From positions 30,345 through 94,344 of the forward strand of contig JANXBG010000001.1 in the NCBI GenBank assembly GCA_025060715.1: a stretch of DNA of 64,000 nucleotides, in the 5' to 3' direction. The notes beneath the pieces are model-generated. The model saw nothing but the letters and a program-made list of their open reading frames with translations, was not told where the DNA came from and did not search any database. Both the position numbers and the translations under genes were made by a program. Of the stretch, positions 30,228-40,355 are shown one piece after another (position 1 is the first letter of the stretch; the number at the start of each line of letters is the position of its first letter). The DNA is from a candidate division WOR-3 bacterium (lineage in GTDB: Bacteria > Hydrothermota > Tepidihabitantia > Tepidihabitantales > DTDR01).

Positions 30228-31337
30228 ATGATTTATCCTTGTGAAAGGATGAACAAATTAAAAATTAAGATCTTTGGAATTGGTGGAGGCGGTGGTAATA
30301 TTTTAAATACTTTAATAAACTACCATCGCCAACTAAATTTTCAACTTGATAATATTTGTTTTGAATATTGCGCTCTTAATACTGACATAATCTCTTTAAA
30401 AAACTCCTTGGCAATTAACAAAATTCAATTAGGTAAAAATTTGACTCAAGGATTTGGTTCGGGAGGGAAACCAGAAATTGGTGAAGAAGCAGCAATCGAG
30501 AGTGAAAAAGAGATAAGAGAAAAAATTAAAAATACCGATTTGTTAATACTAATCTCTTGTTTAGGAAAAGGTACCGGTAGCGGAGCTACTCCCAAAATTG
30601 CTGAATGGGCAAAAGAAGAAAACATTTTAACATTGATAATGGTTGTTAAACCTTTTAATTATGAAGGTAATATAATTAATAAAATTGCTAAAAATTCCTT
30701 AGAAAAAATTGAAAATTTCTTTTCTTCAATTATTGTGGTTTCTAATACTCAAATAAAAAATAAATTAGGGAACGTTAGAATGGAAGAGGCTTTTTCTTTT
30801 ATAAATGGGATGTTAGCAGTAGGTCTCACCGATCTGATGAAGGTAATTGATAATTCTCATTTAATTGGTATTGACTTTGCTGATATAAAAAATATGATTA
30901 ATGAAAAAGGAAGAGGTCTGATTACCTATGGCGAAGGAGAAGATGAAGAAAAAGTTTGTGAAGCATTATTTAATTCACCTTTGTTTGATAACAATATTAA
31001 GTATGCTAAAAATCTTCTTCTTTGGGTTTTCGGAAATGAGTGGGTAACCTTAGAAACAGTAAGTAGAATTTGTGAAAGGATTTCTAAAAAAGTGAACGGC
31101 AATACCAAAATTCAGTTCACTTTTTTGAAAGATAAGAAGATGAGTAAAAAAATCAGAGCAGGATTTTTTGCCACTGGACTTTTTAAAGAAGCGATTGATG
31201 AGTGGGAAAAGGATGTAATTTTAGAAAAATTACAAGAAGATAAGATAGAAAAGGCATTAGAATTGCCTAATCCGATAAAAAAAGAGATAGATAAGAATAA
31301 TATGAGTTTACCAACAATATTAAGAATGTTATTTTAA
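30228..31337 (+). CDS. ftsZ: Cell division protein FtsZ
   Basis: IKIFGIGGGGGN and GKGTGSGATPKIAE tubulin signature; SD AAGGAGGG upstream. Confidence 0.9.
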   Translation: MIYPCERMNKLKIKIFGIGGGGGNILNTLINYHRQLNFQLDNICFEYCALNTDIISLKNSLAINKIQLGKNLTQGFGSGGKPEIGEEAAIESEKEIREKIKNTDLLILISCLGKGTGSGATPKIAEWAKEENILTLIMVVKPFNYEGNIINKIAKNSLEKIENFFSSIIVVSNTQIKNKLGNVRMEEAFSFINGMLAVGLTDLMKVIDNSHLIGIDFADIKNMINEKGRGLITYGEGEDEEKVCEALFNSPLFDNNIKYAKNLLLWVFGNEWVTLETVSRICERISKKVNGNTKIQFTFLKDKKMSKKIRAGFFATGLFKEAIDEWEKDVILEKLQEDKIEKALELPNPIKKEIDKNNMSLPTILRMLF

Positions 31338-31343
31338 TTTAAT

Positions 31344-31568
31344 CTATTTATAACGATAAATAATTCGGCCACGGTTTAAATCATAGGGTGAAAGTTCCAC
31401 TGTCACCCGATCACCTTTTACTACTTTAATAAAATGGATTCTCATTTTTCCAGAAAGATGGGCTAAAACAATATGGCCATTATCTAATTGGACACGAAAG
31501 AAAGCATTGGGCAAAGCTTCAATAACTGTTCCATCCATTTGAATAGTATTCTTTTTTTCTTTACTCAT
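31344..31568 (-). CDS. infA: Translation initiation factor IF-1
   Basis: 74 aa, [21 protein letters not shown]...; S1-like IF-1. Confidence 0.9.
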   Translation of the reverse strand: MSKEKKNTIQMDGTVIEALPNAFFRVQLDNGHIVLAHLSGKMRIHFIKVVKGDRVTVELSPYDLNRGRIIYRYK

Positions 31569-32316
31569 CGATCGTTAAAATTTCTGCTTTATTTTTGCCA
31601 ATTAAAACGGTGTGTTCAAAATGGGCTGAACAACTATTGTCAGCTGTTACGATAGTCCAACCATTTTCTTTGGTGAAAACTTTTTCGGTACCTAAATTTA
31701 CCATTGGTTCAATTGCCAAAGTCATTCCTGCTTTTAAAATAACTCCATTCATCTGAGGAGAATAATAATTAGGAACAATTGGGTCTTCATGAAGTTGTAA
31801 GCCCACTCCGTGTCCTGATAATTCTCGTACAACAAAAAAACCATTTTTTTCTACATAATTTTGAATTGCTTTACTAATCGCGGAAAGAAAATTATTTTCA
31901 TAGGCTTCTTCAATTCCTAAATAAAGTGCTTTTTCAGTCACTTCGATCAATTTTTTTATTTTTGGCGAAACTTTCTTGCAGATAAAAGTTTTAGCCCCAT
32001 CCGCATAATATCCATCTTTTTTTACACCAATATCAATTTTTACTACATCTCCTTCCTTTAGAACCCGCTCATCAGGGATACCATGTACTACTTCTTCATT
32101 TAAACTGATACATATTGCTGAGGGAAAACCTTTATAACCTAAAAAAGCTGGATAGGCATTTTGGGAATAGATAAAATCCGCACAGATTTTTTCTATTTCC
32201 TTTAAACTTATTTTGGGTTTTATTTCTTTTTCAATTAATTTGAAAACCCTTGCCACAATCCTTCCCGCTTCTCTTATTTTATCAATTTCCTTTTTTGATT
32301 TAATATAAATTGCCAT
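31561..32316 (-). CDS. map: Type I methionine aminopeptidase
   Basis: 251 aa with conserved metal-ligand blocks ([23 protein letters not shown]). Confidence 0.9.
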   Translation of the reverse strand: MAIYIKSKKEIDKIREAGRIVARVFKLIEKEIKPKISLKEIEKICADFIYSQNAYPAFLGYKGFPSAICISLNEEVVHGIPDERVLKEGDVVKIDIGVKKDGYYADGAKTFICKKVSPKIKKLIEVTEKALYLGIEEAYENNFLSAISKAIQNYVEKNGFFVVRELSGHGVGLQLHEDPIVPNYYSPQMNGVILKAGMTLAIEPMVNLGTEKVFTKENGWTIVTADNSCSAHFEHTVLIGKNKAEILTIDE

Positions 32317-32956
32317 AGTTTTTAATCTTTTTTATAATTTCGGAATAAACATAATCTTTTCCTAAATCTCCTTTTATCCGATATAAATTATTCTTTTTTT
32401 CATAATAATCAATCAATGGTAAAGTATCTTTATAATAAATATTAATTCTTTCTTTTATTACTTCTTCTTTATCATCATCTCTCTGGATTAATTCACTGTT
32501 ACAAAGATCGCATAATCCTTCTATTTTCGGTTTTTTAAAATTTAAATTATAAATGGCCCCACAATTTTTGCAAACTCGTCGAGAAGTCAATCTTTTTATA
32601 ATCTCTTCCTCACTTAGTTCAATAAGAAAACAAAAATTTATCTTTTCATTTCTTTGTAAAAGAAATTGGTCTAAGGAAAAGGCTTGGGGAAGGGTACGGG
32701 GATAGCCATCAAAAACTATTTTTTTATTATAATTTTCTTTTAAAAAATTTTCTACAATTTCGATTACAATTTCATCAGGAACTAATAACCCCTTTTCTAA
32801 ATAATATTGAACCTTTTTACCTAAAGAAGTCTCTTTAGCAATTTCTTGGCGGAAAAAATCACCGGTGGAAAAATGGAGAAACCCTTCTTTCTCTTTTAAT
32901 AATTCCGCTTGGGTTCCCTTACCACTACCCGGTGGACCAAAAAGGATTATTTTCAT
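32300..32956 (-). CDS. adk: Adenylate kinase (zinc-lid type)
   Basis: ILFGPPGSGKGTQAE P-loop; CxxC...CxxC lid (CKNCG...CDLC). Confidence 0.9.
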   Translation of the reverse strand: MKIILFGPPGSGKGTQAELLKEKEGFLHFSTGDFFRQEIAKETSLGKKVQYYLEKGLLVPDEIVIEIVENFLKENYNKKIVFDGYPRTLPQAFSLDQFLLQRNEKINFCFLIELSEEEIIKRLTSRRVCKNCGAIYNLNFKKPKIEGLCDLCNSELIQRDDDKEEVIKERINIYYKDTLPLIDYYEKKNNLYRIKGDLGKDYVYSEIIKKIKNYGNLY

Positions 32957-33039
32957 AAGATAAGTTTAACCAAAATTGAAGGTTTTATCAAGATATATTA
33001 ATTTGAATTTTAACAAAGTTAATATAGAATTAATTTAGT

Positions 33040-33477
33040 ATGGAGGTAAAAATTAGATGGATGAAAAATAAAGATTTAGATGAAGTTTTAAGGATTGAGA
33101 AGGAAAATTTTAAATTTCCTTGGAAAAGAAGCTATTTTGATTATGATTTGAGAAGGCCAAATACTTATTGTTTAGTTGCTGAAGTAGATAATAAAGTAGT
33201 TGGTTATCTGGTTGCCTGGGAGATAGCCGAAGAATTACATTTGGCAAATATTTCTGTAGATAAAAATTATCAAAAAAAGGGAATTGGTACAAAATTAATG
33301 AATGAGATAATTACTATTGCTCGTTTAAGAGATATTAAAAGGATTTATCTAGAAACCCGAGTTTCCAATATTATAGCCCAAAATTTTTATCAAAAATTAG
33401 GCTTTAAATATAGTTATTTAAGAAAAGGTTATTATAGTGACGGTGAAGATGCTTGGGTAATGGAAAAAGAATTATAG
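33040..33477 (+). CDS. rimI: GNAT N-acetyltransferase, RimI-like (ribosomal-protein-alanine acetyltransferase)
   Basis: 145 aa GNAT with a QKKGIGTKLM acetyl-CoA motif; RimI-like length and pattern. Confidence 0.7.
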   Translation: MEVKIRWMKNKDLDEVLRIEKENFKFPWKRSYFDYDLRRPNTYCLVAEVDNKVVGYLVAWEIAEELHLANISVDKNYQKKGIGTKLMNEIITIARLRDIKRIYLETRVSNIIAQNFYQKLGFKYSYLRKGYYSDGEDAWVMEKEL

Positions 33478-33480
33478 TTA

Positions 33481-33999
33481 TTATTGATATTGATTATAGC
33501 AAACAATTTCCGAAAGAGGCTTTCTGCTTCTTGTAGGAGGATCCTCATTGGGATAGCCTAAGGGAGTCAAAGCAATAATTTTTACATCTTCCGGACATTT
33601 TAGAATTTTTTTAACTTCTTTTTCATCGTAGGCACCAATCCAACAAGTTCCTAAACCTTCATTAGTGGCAGCAAGCACAATATGTTCCATAGCAATGGCA
33701 CAATCAACTGGATAAGAACTCCAATAACCACCCATTCTTCCCCAGGCAATCTTTTCTAAGGCAACAACACAAATAATAATTGGTGCTTCGGCAATAAATT
33801 TTTGGTTACGACAAGCAGAAACTAATTTTTCTTTTATCTCTTGATCATCTATTACGATAAATTTCCAAGGTTGAATATTTTTGGCTGAAGGTGCCAATCG
33901 GCCAGCTTCTAAAATCCTTTCCAGAACTTCCTGTGGAATTGGGTCAGGTTTATAACTTCTAATACTTTTCCTTTTTTTGATTACTTCGTAAAATTCCAT
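33481..33999 (-). CDS. Nitroreductase family protein
   Basis: KRKSIRSY...PSAKNIQPWKFIVI are classic nitroreductase motifs. Confidence 0.8.
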   Translation of the reverse strand: MEFYEVIKKRKSIRSYKPDPIPQEVLERILEAGRLAPSAKNIQPWKFIVIDDQEIKEKLVSACRNQKFIAEAPIIICVVALEKIAWGRMGGYWSSYPVDCAIAMEHIVLAATNEGLGTCWIGAYDEKEVKKILKCPEDVKIIALTPLGYPNEDPPTRSRKPLSEIVCYNQYQ

Positions 34000-34014
34000 A
34001 ATCTTTAATCTTTA

Positions 34015-34087
34015 AGCGCCTGACGCGATTTGAACGCGCGACCTGCGGATCCGGAGTCCGCCGCTCTATCCACTGAGCTACAGGCGC
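34015..34087 (-). tRNA. tRNA-Arg (anticodon CCG)
   Basis: Minus-strand read GCGCCTG-TA-GCTCAGTGGATAGAGC-G-GCGGA-CTCCGGA-TCCGC-AGGTC-GCGCG-TTCAAAT-CGCGT-CAGGCGC-T. I folded the cloverleaf by hand. Acceptor 7 bp, D-arm, anticodon loop CU-CCG-GA, T-loop TTCAAAT. No encoded CCA. Confidence 0.85.
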
Positions 34088-34138
34088 CTTTTTAATAATT
34101 TTAATAGTAACCCTTTAAAAGTCAAATTTATAACGATA

Positions 34139-37111
34139 TTAAAAATAAATTCGGGAAGAAAAGTTTAATTTTATCTCTTTTTCTTTAAACCCTTCTTTTA
34201 AATAGTTAAACTCCCAATTGAAAGCGAGATTTTGGTTTATATTTTTAGTAATGAGAAAAGTAATATTATAAGAAAAGCCTTTTGGTTCATAATAATTTAA
34301 TTCTAAGGGCAAATCCTCTTGGGGATAAATTCGGTAGATTATTTCTAAAAGGGTATTTAAGTAAAAGTCTTTTAGGATTTTGCTATTTTTTTCTAAATTT
34401 AGAGAAATTTTTTTAATTAGGTAATCTTCTCTAAAAGGTAAAAGATATTGATAATAAAGAAAGGAAATGCCCGGTTTTAAATTTAAATTATAATTCTCTT
34501 TAAATTCTAAAAGATTATAAAATCCATAATTTTTCTCTTTTTGGAAATAATTTTCTCTCTTTTTCTTTTCTCCTTTTTCTAATTGAAAAATTCCTGTCAA
34601 GGTTAATAATTCTGATAATTCTTTTTTGAGAGAGAGAAAATTTTCTATTCTTTTATTTTTGTAGTTTTCAAATATTAAATTCTCCTCTTCTTGTTGAGAA
34701 TAATTTATTTTATAATTTATTGTTAAATTTTCTTTAAAATGATAGTCGGTTAAAAATTGGCATTCTAAGGTTTTTGGAGAAGCGAAAGTGGAAAAGAAAT
34801 TTAGTTTTAATTTTTTTATTGGCTGCCAAAGAAGATTACCTTTTGTTTCCATTTTTAAAACCCTTTTGCCCTTTCTTAAAGGAAGGATTTCTTTCAAATA
34901 TTCACCAGAAGGGTCGAGATAATATTCATTGGTTATGGTATCTTTTGAATAATTACCTTCTCCTTTTTTCACTTTGATAAATCTTATCTCATAGGAGACC
35001 TCTTCTTCATTAATAAGCCTTTTTAAAAAGTTAAGTTGAAAAATGTTTTTGAAAGAATAATTGAAATTAAAATCAGAAAAGAGTGAGTTTTCTAAAAAGC
35101 CAATGAGAAAGGAAGTATAAGGGTTATTTTCATTGGTAATCCCAAATTTGGTGATTTTCCTTTTTTTGATTAAGGGTTTTCTTTCTTTTTCTATCTCATA
35201 ATTTAGGAAAGTTTTACTTTTCTTAAAATAAAAATTGATACCAAAAGTGTGAATAAGAAAATGTTTATCATTATCAATCTGGGAGATAAAAGAATAACTG
35301 GGAGCAAAAAAACGATAAGTTGGTGAGGTGGAAAAATTGAAGATTTTTTTGTTAGGATAATCCTTTTTAAAAGAAAGTTCATTAAAAAGAAAGTTAAATT
35401 TATTGAAACCAAAATAATTTAAGCCCTTTTCTTTTTTTATTATATTTAATTGGTTTAAAAAATTTAAATATCTATTAGGAGAAAGATTTATTTGAAAGGT
35501 TGTTTTATTTTTTAAAGGAAAGTTGATAAATTCTTCATTTTTAAGTTGATTAAGCAAATACTGATTTCTAAAAAGGGTAAGGTTTTTGAAAATAAAGGAA
35601 AATTTTTCTTTCTCATAAGAAAGAGAGAAATCGGTTCCATAACCATAAGGGTTGGTATCGCCATAAGGAGAGAATAGATTTTCATCTCGCTTATTAACAA
35701 TTCCACCAAACTGAAATTTTAAATTCTCCTTTAAAGGTATTTCCAAATTTATAGAGGTAAAGAGGTTTTCTTTTGGTAGTTTTATTTTGGAATAGGGGAG
35801 ATATCTTCCTTTATTTTTGCCAACATAATAATAACAATTTTTTATATTATCATAATTATAATCTCCCAAACTTTCGCCAACAAAGGTAAAATCTACTAAA
35901 TAACTTCCCTTATTTTCGCCAACATAAAAAAATATCTCACCAATTTTTTCATAATCCCCTTTATTTTTACCAACATATTTGGCGGAAGTTAAATAAGCCT
36001 TTGTGGTATCATTACCAATTTTTTTTAGATAATTCTTTGTTTCCTCATCAAAGAGCTCTTTTTTATTTTTATCCTTTTCCCAATGCCAATTAAGATTAGT
36101 TTTTATTGGCAAGCGAGAACTTGAAAGATTTATATAATAATTATCTTTTTCATAAATTTCTTCTTCATATAAAAAATCTATCTCAATAAAATTGCGGGAA
36201 GTAATAATTCGGCGATTGGTGAAGATTATAAAACCAAGCTCATAATCAATTAAATAATCTTCATTATCTCCCCTTTTTAATAAATTGCCATCTAAATAAA
36301 CCCTTTCACTATTTTTTAGAATTTTGATTGATTTATCCTTTTTTAGATAATAAGGTCCTTGAATAAAATCTTTACCATAAAACCCAATCTTTTCATATTT
36401 AAAAGGAGTTGTTAAATAATGGAAATAAAGTGTTTCATAAATATTTGTTTGAGAAAGAGAAAGACCAATACCATAAGAACTAACCTTTCCAAAATTAAAA
36501 AAATCGGCCTCCTTTTTCTGGTTGCCAAAAGTGAAAGAGATACTTTTGGTTTTCATCTTTAAATAAGAATTGTCCAATTCTTTTAATAAAAACCCTTCTT
36601 CACTATTTTCCTTACCATTAAAGGAGCCTTCAAAATTTATTTCATTAATATTGCCTTGGAGAGAAAAATTTGTCTGTTGAGAAAAATTTACCCCTTCCTT
36701 GGTATGATAATTCACCTTAAACTCCTTTTCTCCTTCAAAGATAATATCCGAAGAGACATTTTGAGAAATAGTATCATCATCTTTTTCTAAAAGAGAAAAA
36801 GAATCGTTTTCTATTTTTCTTACAACAATAGGGGATAAAGGATAATAAGAAAAGGGAAGATAAAAATAGGTAACTTTAAGAAAAGAAGAAAGCAAATTGG
36901 GCAATCTTTTAATTTCAATAATTCCTTTTTCATAATCAATAGAATAATCATCCTTTTTTAAAAAATTTTCTTGAAAATAAAGAGTTTCCGAATTTTTAAT
37001 AATGGGATAATCTTTAAGATAAATTATTAAAGAACTATCATTTATTACAAAAGTTTCTTCTCTTCTCAAATTAGGAGGGAGAAAAAAACAGAGGAAAATA
37101 AGAAGACTCAT
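34139..37111 (-). CDS. Large (990 aa) hypothetical outer-membrane beta-barrel-type protein with internal YVGKNKG repeats
   Basis: N/Y/F/K-rich; C-terminal ...NFSSRIYF (aromatic terminus typical of OMPs); three YVG(K/E)NKG(D/S/R)Y repeats near residues 380-440. No family recognised. Confidence 0.5.
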   Translation of the reverse strand: MSLLIFLCFFLPPNLRREETFVINDSSLIIYLKDYPIIKNSETLYFQENFLKKDDYSIDYEKGIIEIKRLPNLLSSFLKVTYFYLPFSYYPLSPIVVRKIENDSFSLLEKDDDTISQNVSSDIIFEGEKEFKVNYHTKEGVNFSQQTNFSLQGNINEINFEGSFNGKENSEEGFLLKELDNSYLKMKTKSISFTFGNQKKEADFFNFGKVSSYGIGLSLSQTNIYETLYFHYLTTPFKYEKIGFYGKDFIQGPYYLKKDKSIKILKNSERVYLDGNLLKRGDNEDYLIDYELGFIIFTNRRIITSRNFIEIDFLYEEEIYEKDNYYINLSSSRLPIKTNLNWHWEKDKNKKELFDEETKNYLKKIGNDTTKAYLTSAKYVGKNKGDYEKIGEIFFYVGENKGSYLVDFTFVGESLGDYNYDNIKNCYYYVGKNKGRYLPYSKIKLPKENLFTSINLEIPLKENLKFQFGGIVNKRDENLFSPYGDTNPYGYGTDFSLSYEKEKFSFIFKNLTLFRNQYLLNQLKNEEFINFPLKNKTTFQINLSPNRYLNFLNQLNIIKKEKGLNYFGFNKFNFLFNELSFKKDYPNKKIFNFSTSPTYRFFAPSYSFISQIDNDKHFLIHTFGINFYFKKSKTFLNYEIEKERKPLIKKRKITKFGITNENNPYTSFLIGFLENSLFSDFNFNYSFKNIFQLNFLKRLINEEEVSYEIRFIKVKKGEGNYSKDTITNEYYLDPSGEYLKEILPLRKGKRVLKMETKGNLLWQPIKKLKLNFFSTFASPKTLECQFLTDYHFKENLTINYKINYSQQEEENLIFENYKNKRIENFLSLKKELSELLTLTGIFQLEKGEKKKRENYFQKEKNYGFYNLLEFKENYNLNLKPGISFLYYQYLLPFREDYLIKKISLNLEKNSKILKDFYLNTLLEIIYRIYPQEDLPLELNYYEPKGFSYNITFLITKNINQNLAFNWEFNYLKEGFKEKEIKLNFSSRIYF

Positions 37112-37502
37112 TAATAAATTTTAATTTTAAGAAATTTAAAATCAATTAAAAATCTCTTTTTATGAGAAGTGCGACTTGAAAGAGTAATTTGGTAAATAAA
37201 AATATTCTTCTTTAAAGACTACAAAAACCATTTTTTGAGGATAAGAAAATATTTATTTTAAAGGCCTCTAGAGTTCTTCTTCTATTTAGATATATTTTGG
37301 CAATGGAGAATTTGGTTTTGATAAATATCTTCTTTTTTCTCTTTTACTGTAAATTAACTTATGAACCTAGTTATGTTAAAAGAGAAAGCAAACTTATTAG
37401 ATTTTGATAATTTTAGCCAAAAAAGAAGGGATATTTTCTCATTATATCAGGATCAAAGAGTTCCAAGGGTAGGATTTTTATTAATACCTCTACTTTCTTT
37501 GT

Positions 37503-37530
37503 TTGACTTTTAGAAAGATTTTATTATAAT
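37503..37530 (+). promoter_or_regulatory. Sigma-70-type promoter TTGACT-N16-TATAAT for the rplM operon
   Basis: -35 at 37503-37508 and -10 at 37525-37530, 16 nt upstream of the rplM ATG with no SD (short leader or leaderless). Confidence 0.5.
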
Positions 37531-37546
37531 TTATGAAATTTAATCT

Positions 37547-37984
37547 ATGAAGACGACGATTATTACTGATAAGAATAAAGTAGAAAGGAAATGGTGGTTG
37601 GTAGATGCCAAAGGGAAAATCTTAGGCAGATTGGCTTCAAGGATTGCTTTTCTTTTGATGGGAAAACATAAACCTTATTACACTCCTCATATTGATTGTG
37701 GCGATTTTGTGATTGTTATCAATGCCTCTCAGATTAGAGTAACAGGCAAGAAGGAGAGAAAGAAAATATATTATTGGCATACTGGTTATCCTGGTGGATT
37801 AAAATCAATGAGCTTTGAAGAAATGATGAAAAAAAATCCTAAAAAAGTAATTGAATTAGCGGTGAAGAGAATGTTACCTAAAAATCGTCTAAGAAAATTT
37901 AGACTTAAAAGGTTAAAAGTTTATTTGGATGAAAAACATCCTCATGAAGCACAAAGAAATTTAATTGTGGAGGCAAAAATATGA
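37547..37984 (+). CDS. rplM: 50S ribosomal protein L13
   Basis: [17 protein letters not shown]... is a textbook L13 sequence. Confidence 0.95.
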   Translation: MKTTIITDKNKVERKWWLVDAKGKILGRLASRIAFLLMGKHKPYYTPHIDCGDFVIVINASQIRVTGKKERKKIYYWHTGYPGGLKSMSFEEMMKKNPKKVIELAVKRMLPKNRLRKFRLKRLKVYLDEKHPHEAQRNLIVEAKI

Positions 37985-38382
37985 GCCAATTTTATTTTGC
38001 TTCAGGAAGTAGAAAAGAAGGAGTAGCAAAAGTATGGCTTTATCCAAAAAGAGATAATGAGAATTGGAAATTTATTGTTAATAATCAGCCAATAGAAAAA
38101 TATTTTGGTCGTTTTGATTTGGTATTATTGGCTCAACAACCTTTAAAAGTTACCAATCTTCTTGGGCATTTTGATGTGAAATGTGAGGTGAAAGGTGGTG
38201 GGAAATCAGGACAGGCTGGTGCTATTTCATTAGGAATTGCTCGGGCATTAGTAAGTTACCAACCAGAGTTAAGAAAAATCCTTTCTGAAGCCGGATTGTT
38301 AAAAAGAGATCCAAGAGAGAAAGAGAGATGTAAATATGGTTTAGCAAAAAGGAGGAAGAGTTTCCAATGGACCAAACGTTAA
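37981..38382 (+). CDS. rpsI: 30S ribosomal protein S9
   Basis: [19 protein letters not shown]...[26 protein letters not shown]. Confidence 0.95.
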   Translation: MSQFYFASGSRKEGVAKVWLYPKRDNENWKFIVNNQPIEKYFGRFDLVLLAQQPLKVTNLLGHFDVKCEVKGGGKSGQAGAISLGIARALVSYQPELRKILSEAGLLKRDPREKERCKYGLAKRRKSFQWTKR

Positions 38383-39080
38383 CTGTTAAAGAATTATTGG
38401 AAGCTGGGGTTCATTTTGGCCATTTATCCAAAAGATGGAATCCAAAGATGGCGCCCTATATTTATGGAAAAAAGAACGGAGTTTATATAATCAATGTAGA
38501 AAAAACCTTAGAAAGATTAAAAATTGCCTGTGAAGCTGTAAGAAAGGTGGCAGAAAAAGGAGAGGATGTTTTATTTATTGGCCGAAAGCAACAAGCAAAA
38601 CCAATAATCGAAGAAGAAGCTAATAGATGTAAGGCTCTCTATGTGAACGAAAGATGGGTGGGTGGACTTTTGACCAATTTTTCAGTGATAAGCTCTCGGA
38701 TTGCTCGTTACCTGGAGTTAGAAAAAATGTTTCAAGAAAAGGACTTCAAAAATTTAGGAAATAAGGAAATAAGAAAATTAGAAAGGGAATTTATTAAATT
38801 AGAAAAGGTGTATAAAGGACTAAGAGAGATGGAAAGACTTCCGGGAATTATTTATATTGTTGATGTACAAATGGAGAGAACACCAATTTCAGAGGCAAGG
38901 AGAGTCGGTATTCCAATAGTTGCTTTAGTGGATACTGATGGTGATCCAACCTTAGTAGATTATCCAATACCAGGAAATGATGATGCAATGCGTTCTATAA
39001 AATTGATTACTTCTAAAATTGCTGATGCAATAATTGAAGGTAGAAAAATTTTTGAACAAGATTTAAGGGAGGAAATATGA
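38367..39080 (+). CDS. rpsB: 30S ribosomal protein S2
   Basis: [19 protein letters not shown]... Confidence 0.95.
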   Translation: MDQTLTVKELLEAGVHFGHLSKRWNPKMAPYIYGKKNGVYIINVEKTLERLKIACEAVRKVAEKGEDVLFIGRKQQAKPIIEEEANRCKALYVNERWVGGLLTNFSVISSRIARYLELEKMFQEKDFKNLGNKEIRKLEREFIKLEKVYKGLREMERLPGIIYIVDVQMERTPISEARRVGIPIVALVDTDGDPTLVDYPIPGNDDAMRSIKLITSKIADAIIEGRKIFEQDLREEI

Positions 39081-39673
39081 AAGAAGTCCCTATTGAAAAA
39101 ATTAAAGAATTACGACAAAGAACCGGTTCAGGCATTTTGGACTGTAAGCAAGCTTTGATAGAAGCCAATGGTGATGTAGATAAGGCGATTGAAATTTTAA
39201 GAAAAAAGGGAATTGCGAAGGCGGAAAAGAAATTAGAAAGACCAACTACCGAAGGAGTGATTGAGGCTTATATTCATCCAGGAGAAAGACTAGGAGTGTT
39301 AGTAGAAGTAAATTGTGAAACTGATTTTGTTGCTCGCAATCCCGAATTTAGAAGATTTGTAAGAGATATAGCAATGCAGATTGCTGCTACCGATCCTTTG
39401 GCAATTACTCCAGAAGATTTACCTCCACAGATTATTGAGCGCGAGAGAAAGATTTATGAGGAGCAGTTAAAAGATAGTGGCAAACCTAAAGAGGTGATTG
39501 AGAAGATAATTCAAGGAAAATTACAAAAATTTTATGAAGAAGTTTGTCTTCTAAAGCAGGCTTTTATTAAAAATCCTGAGAAGACAGTAGAGGTATATTT
39601 GAAAGAACAGATAGCCAAATTTGGTGAGAATATAAAGATAAAAAGATTTGCCCGTTTTAAAATTGGTGAATAG
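39077..39673 (+). CDS. tsf: Elongation factor Ts
   Basis: [22 protein letters not shown]-like N-terminus plus the dimerisation domain. Confidence 0.95.
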   Translation: MKEVPIEKIKELRQRTGSGILDCKQALIEANGDVDKAIEILRKKGIAKAEKKLERPTTEGVIEAYIHPGERLGVLVEVNCETDFVARNPEFRRFVRDIAMQIAATDPLAITPEDLPPQIIERERKIYEEQLKDSGKPKEVIEKIIQGKLQKFYEEVCLLKQAFIKNPEKTVEVYLKEQIAKFGENIKIKRFARFKIGE

Positions 39674-40355
39674 CCCGTCTCCTTATCAACGAATTCTCTT
39701 AAAATTAACTGGCGAAATTTGGGAGGATAAAAAACTTTTAAAAGATATAAGTGAAGAGATAATTGAAGCAATAGAAAATTTTTTAATAAAAATTGCTATT
39801 GTAACGGGCGGAGGGAACTTTGTGCGAGGAACAATAAACGATATGGGAAATAGACTTCTTGCTGATAGGATAGGAATGTTAGGAACGATAATAAACGCCT
39901 TGATAATTGAGGATTACTTAAAAAAGAAATTACCCTGCGTTATTTTCTCCTCTTTCTCTTGTATGCCTATAGTGGAGCATTATAGTGTAGAAAAAGCAAA
40001 GGAGGCTTTAGAAAATGGAAAGATTGTTATTTTAGCAGGCGGAACTGGTAATCCTTATTTTTCTACCGATACTGCCTGTGCTTTGAGAGGAAGAGAATTG
40101 AAGGTAGATGTGATTTTAAAAGGGACAAAAGTTGAGGGAGTTTATTCCGAGGATCCTCTTAAAAATAAAAAGGCTAAATTTTATAAGAAAATTACTTACG
40201 AAGAAGTAATTAAAAAAGGATTAAAAATAATGGATGAGGCTGCTTTCTATATTTTAAAAGAAGTGAGAATTCCCTTAATTATTTATAATGGAATGAAAAA
40301 AGGTAATTTGAAAAAGATTTTATTAGGAGAAGAAGTTGGGAGTTTGATATGTTAG
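39648..40355 (+). CDS. pyrH: UMP kinase
   Basis: YQRILLKLTGE...IAIVTGGGNFVRG; true start is probably GTG/TTG near 39660. Confidence 0.9.
   Translation: MPVLKLVNSPSPYQRILLKLTGEIWEDKKLLKDISEEIIEAIENFLIKIAIVTGGGNFVRGTINDMGNRLLADRIGMLGTIINALIIEDYLKKKLPCVIFSSFSCMPIVEHYSVEKAKEALENGKIVILAGGTGNPYFSTDTACALRGRELKVDVILKGTKVEGVYSEDPLKNKKAKFYKKITYEEVIKKGLKIMDEAAFYILKEVRIPLIIYNGMKKGNLKKILLGEEVGSLIC

Noticed and set aside
34015-37111. Considered a tRNA-Arg-associated genomic island or mobile element.
   Set aside because: No integrase, transposase or flanking direct repeat of the tRNA 3' end within the window. Only a single large gene lies between the tRNA and the ribosomal-protein operon.
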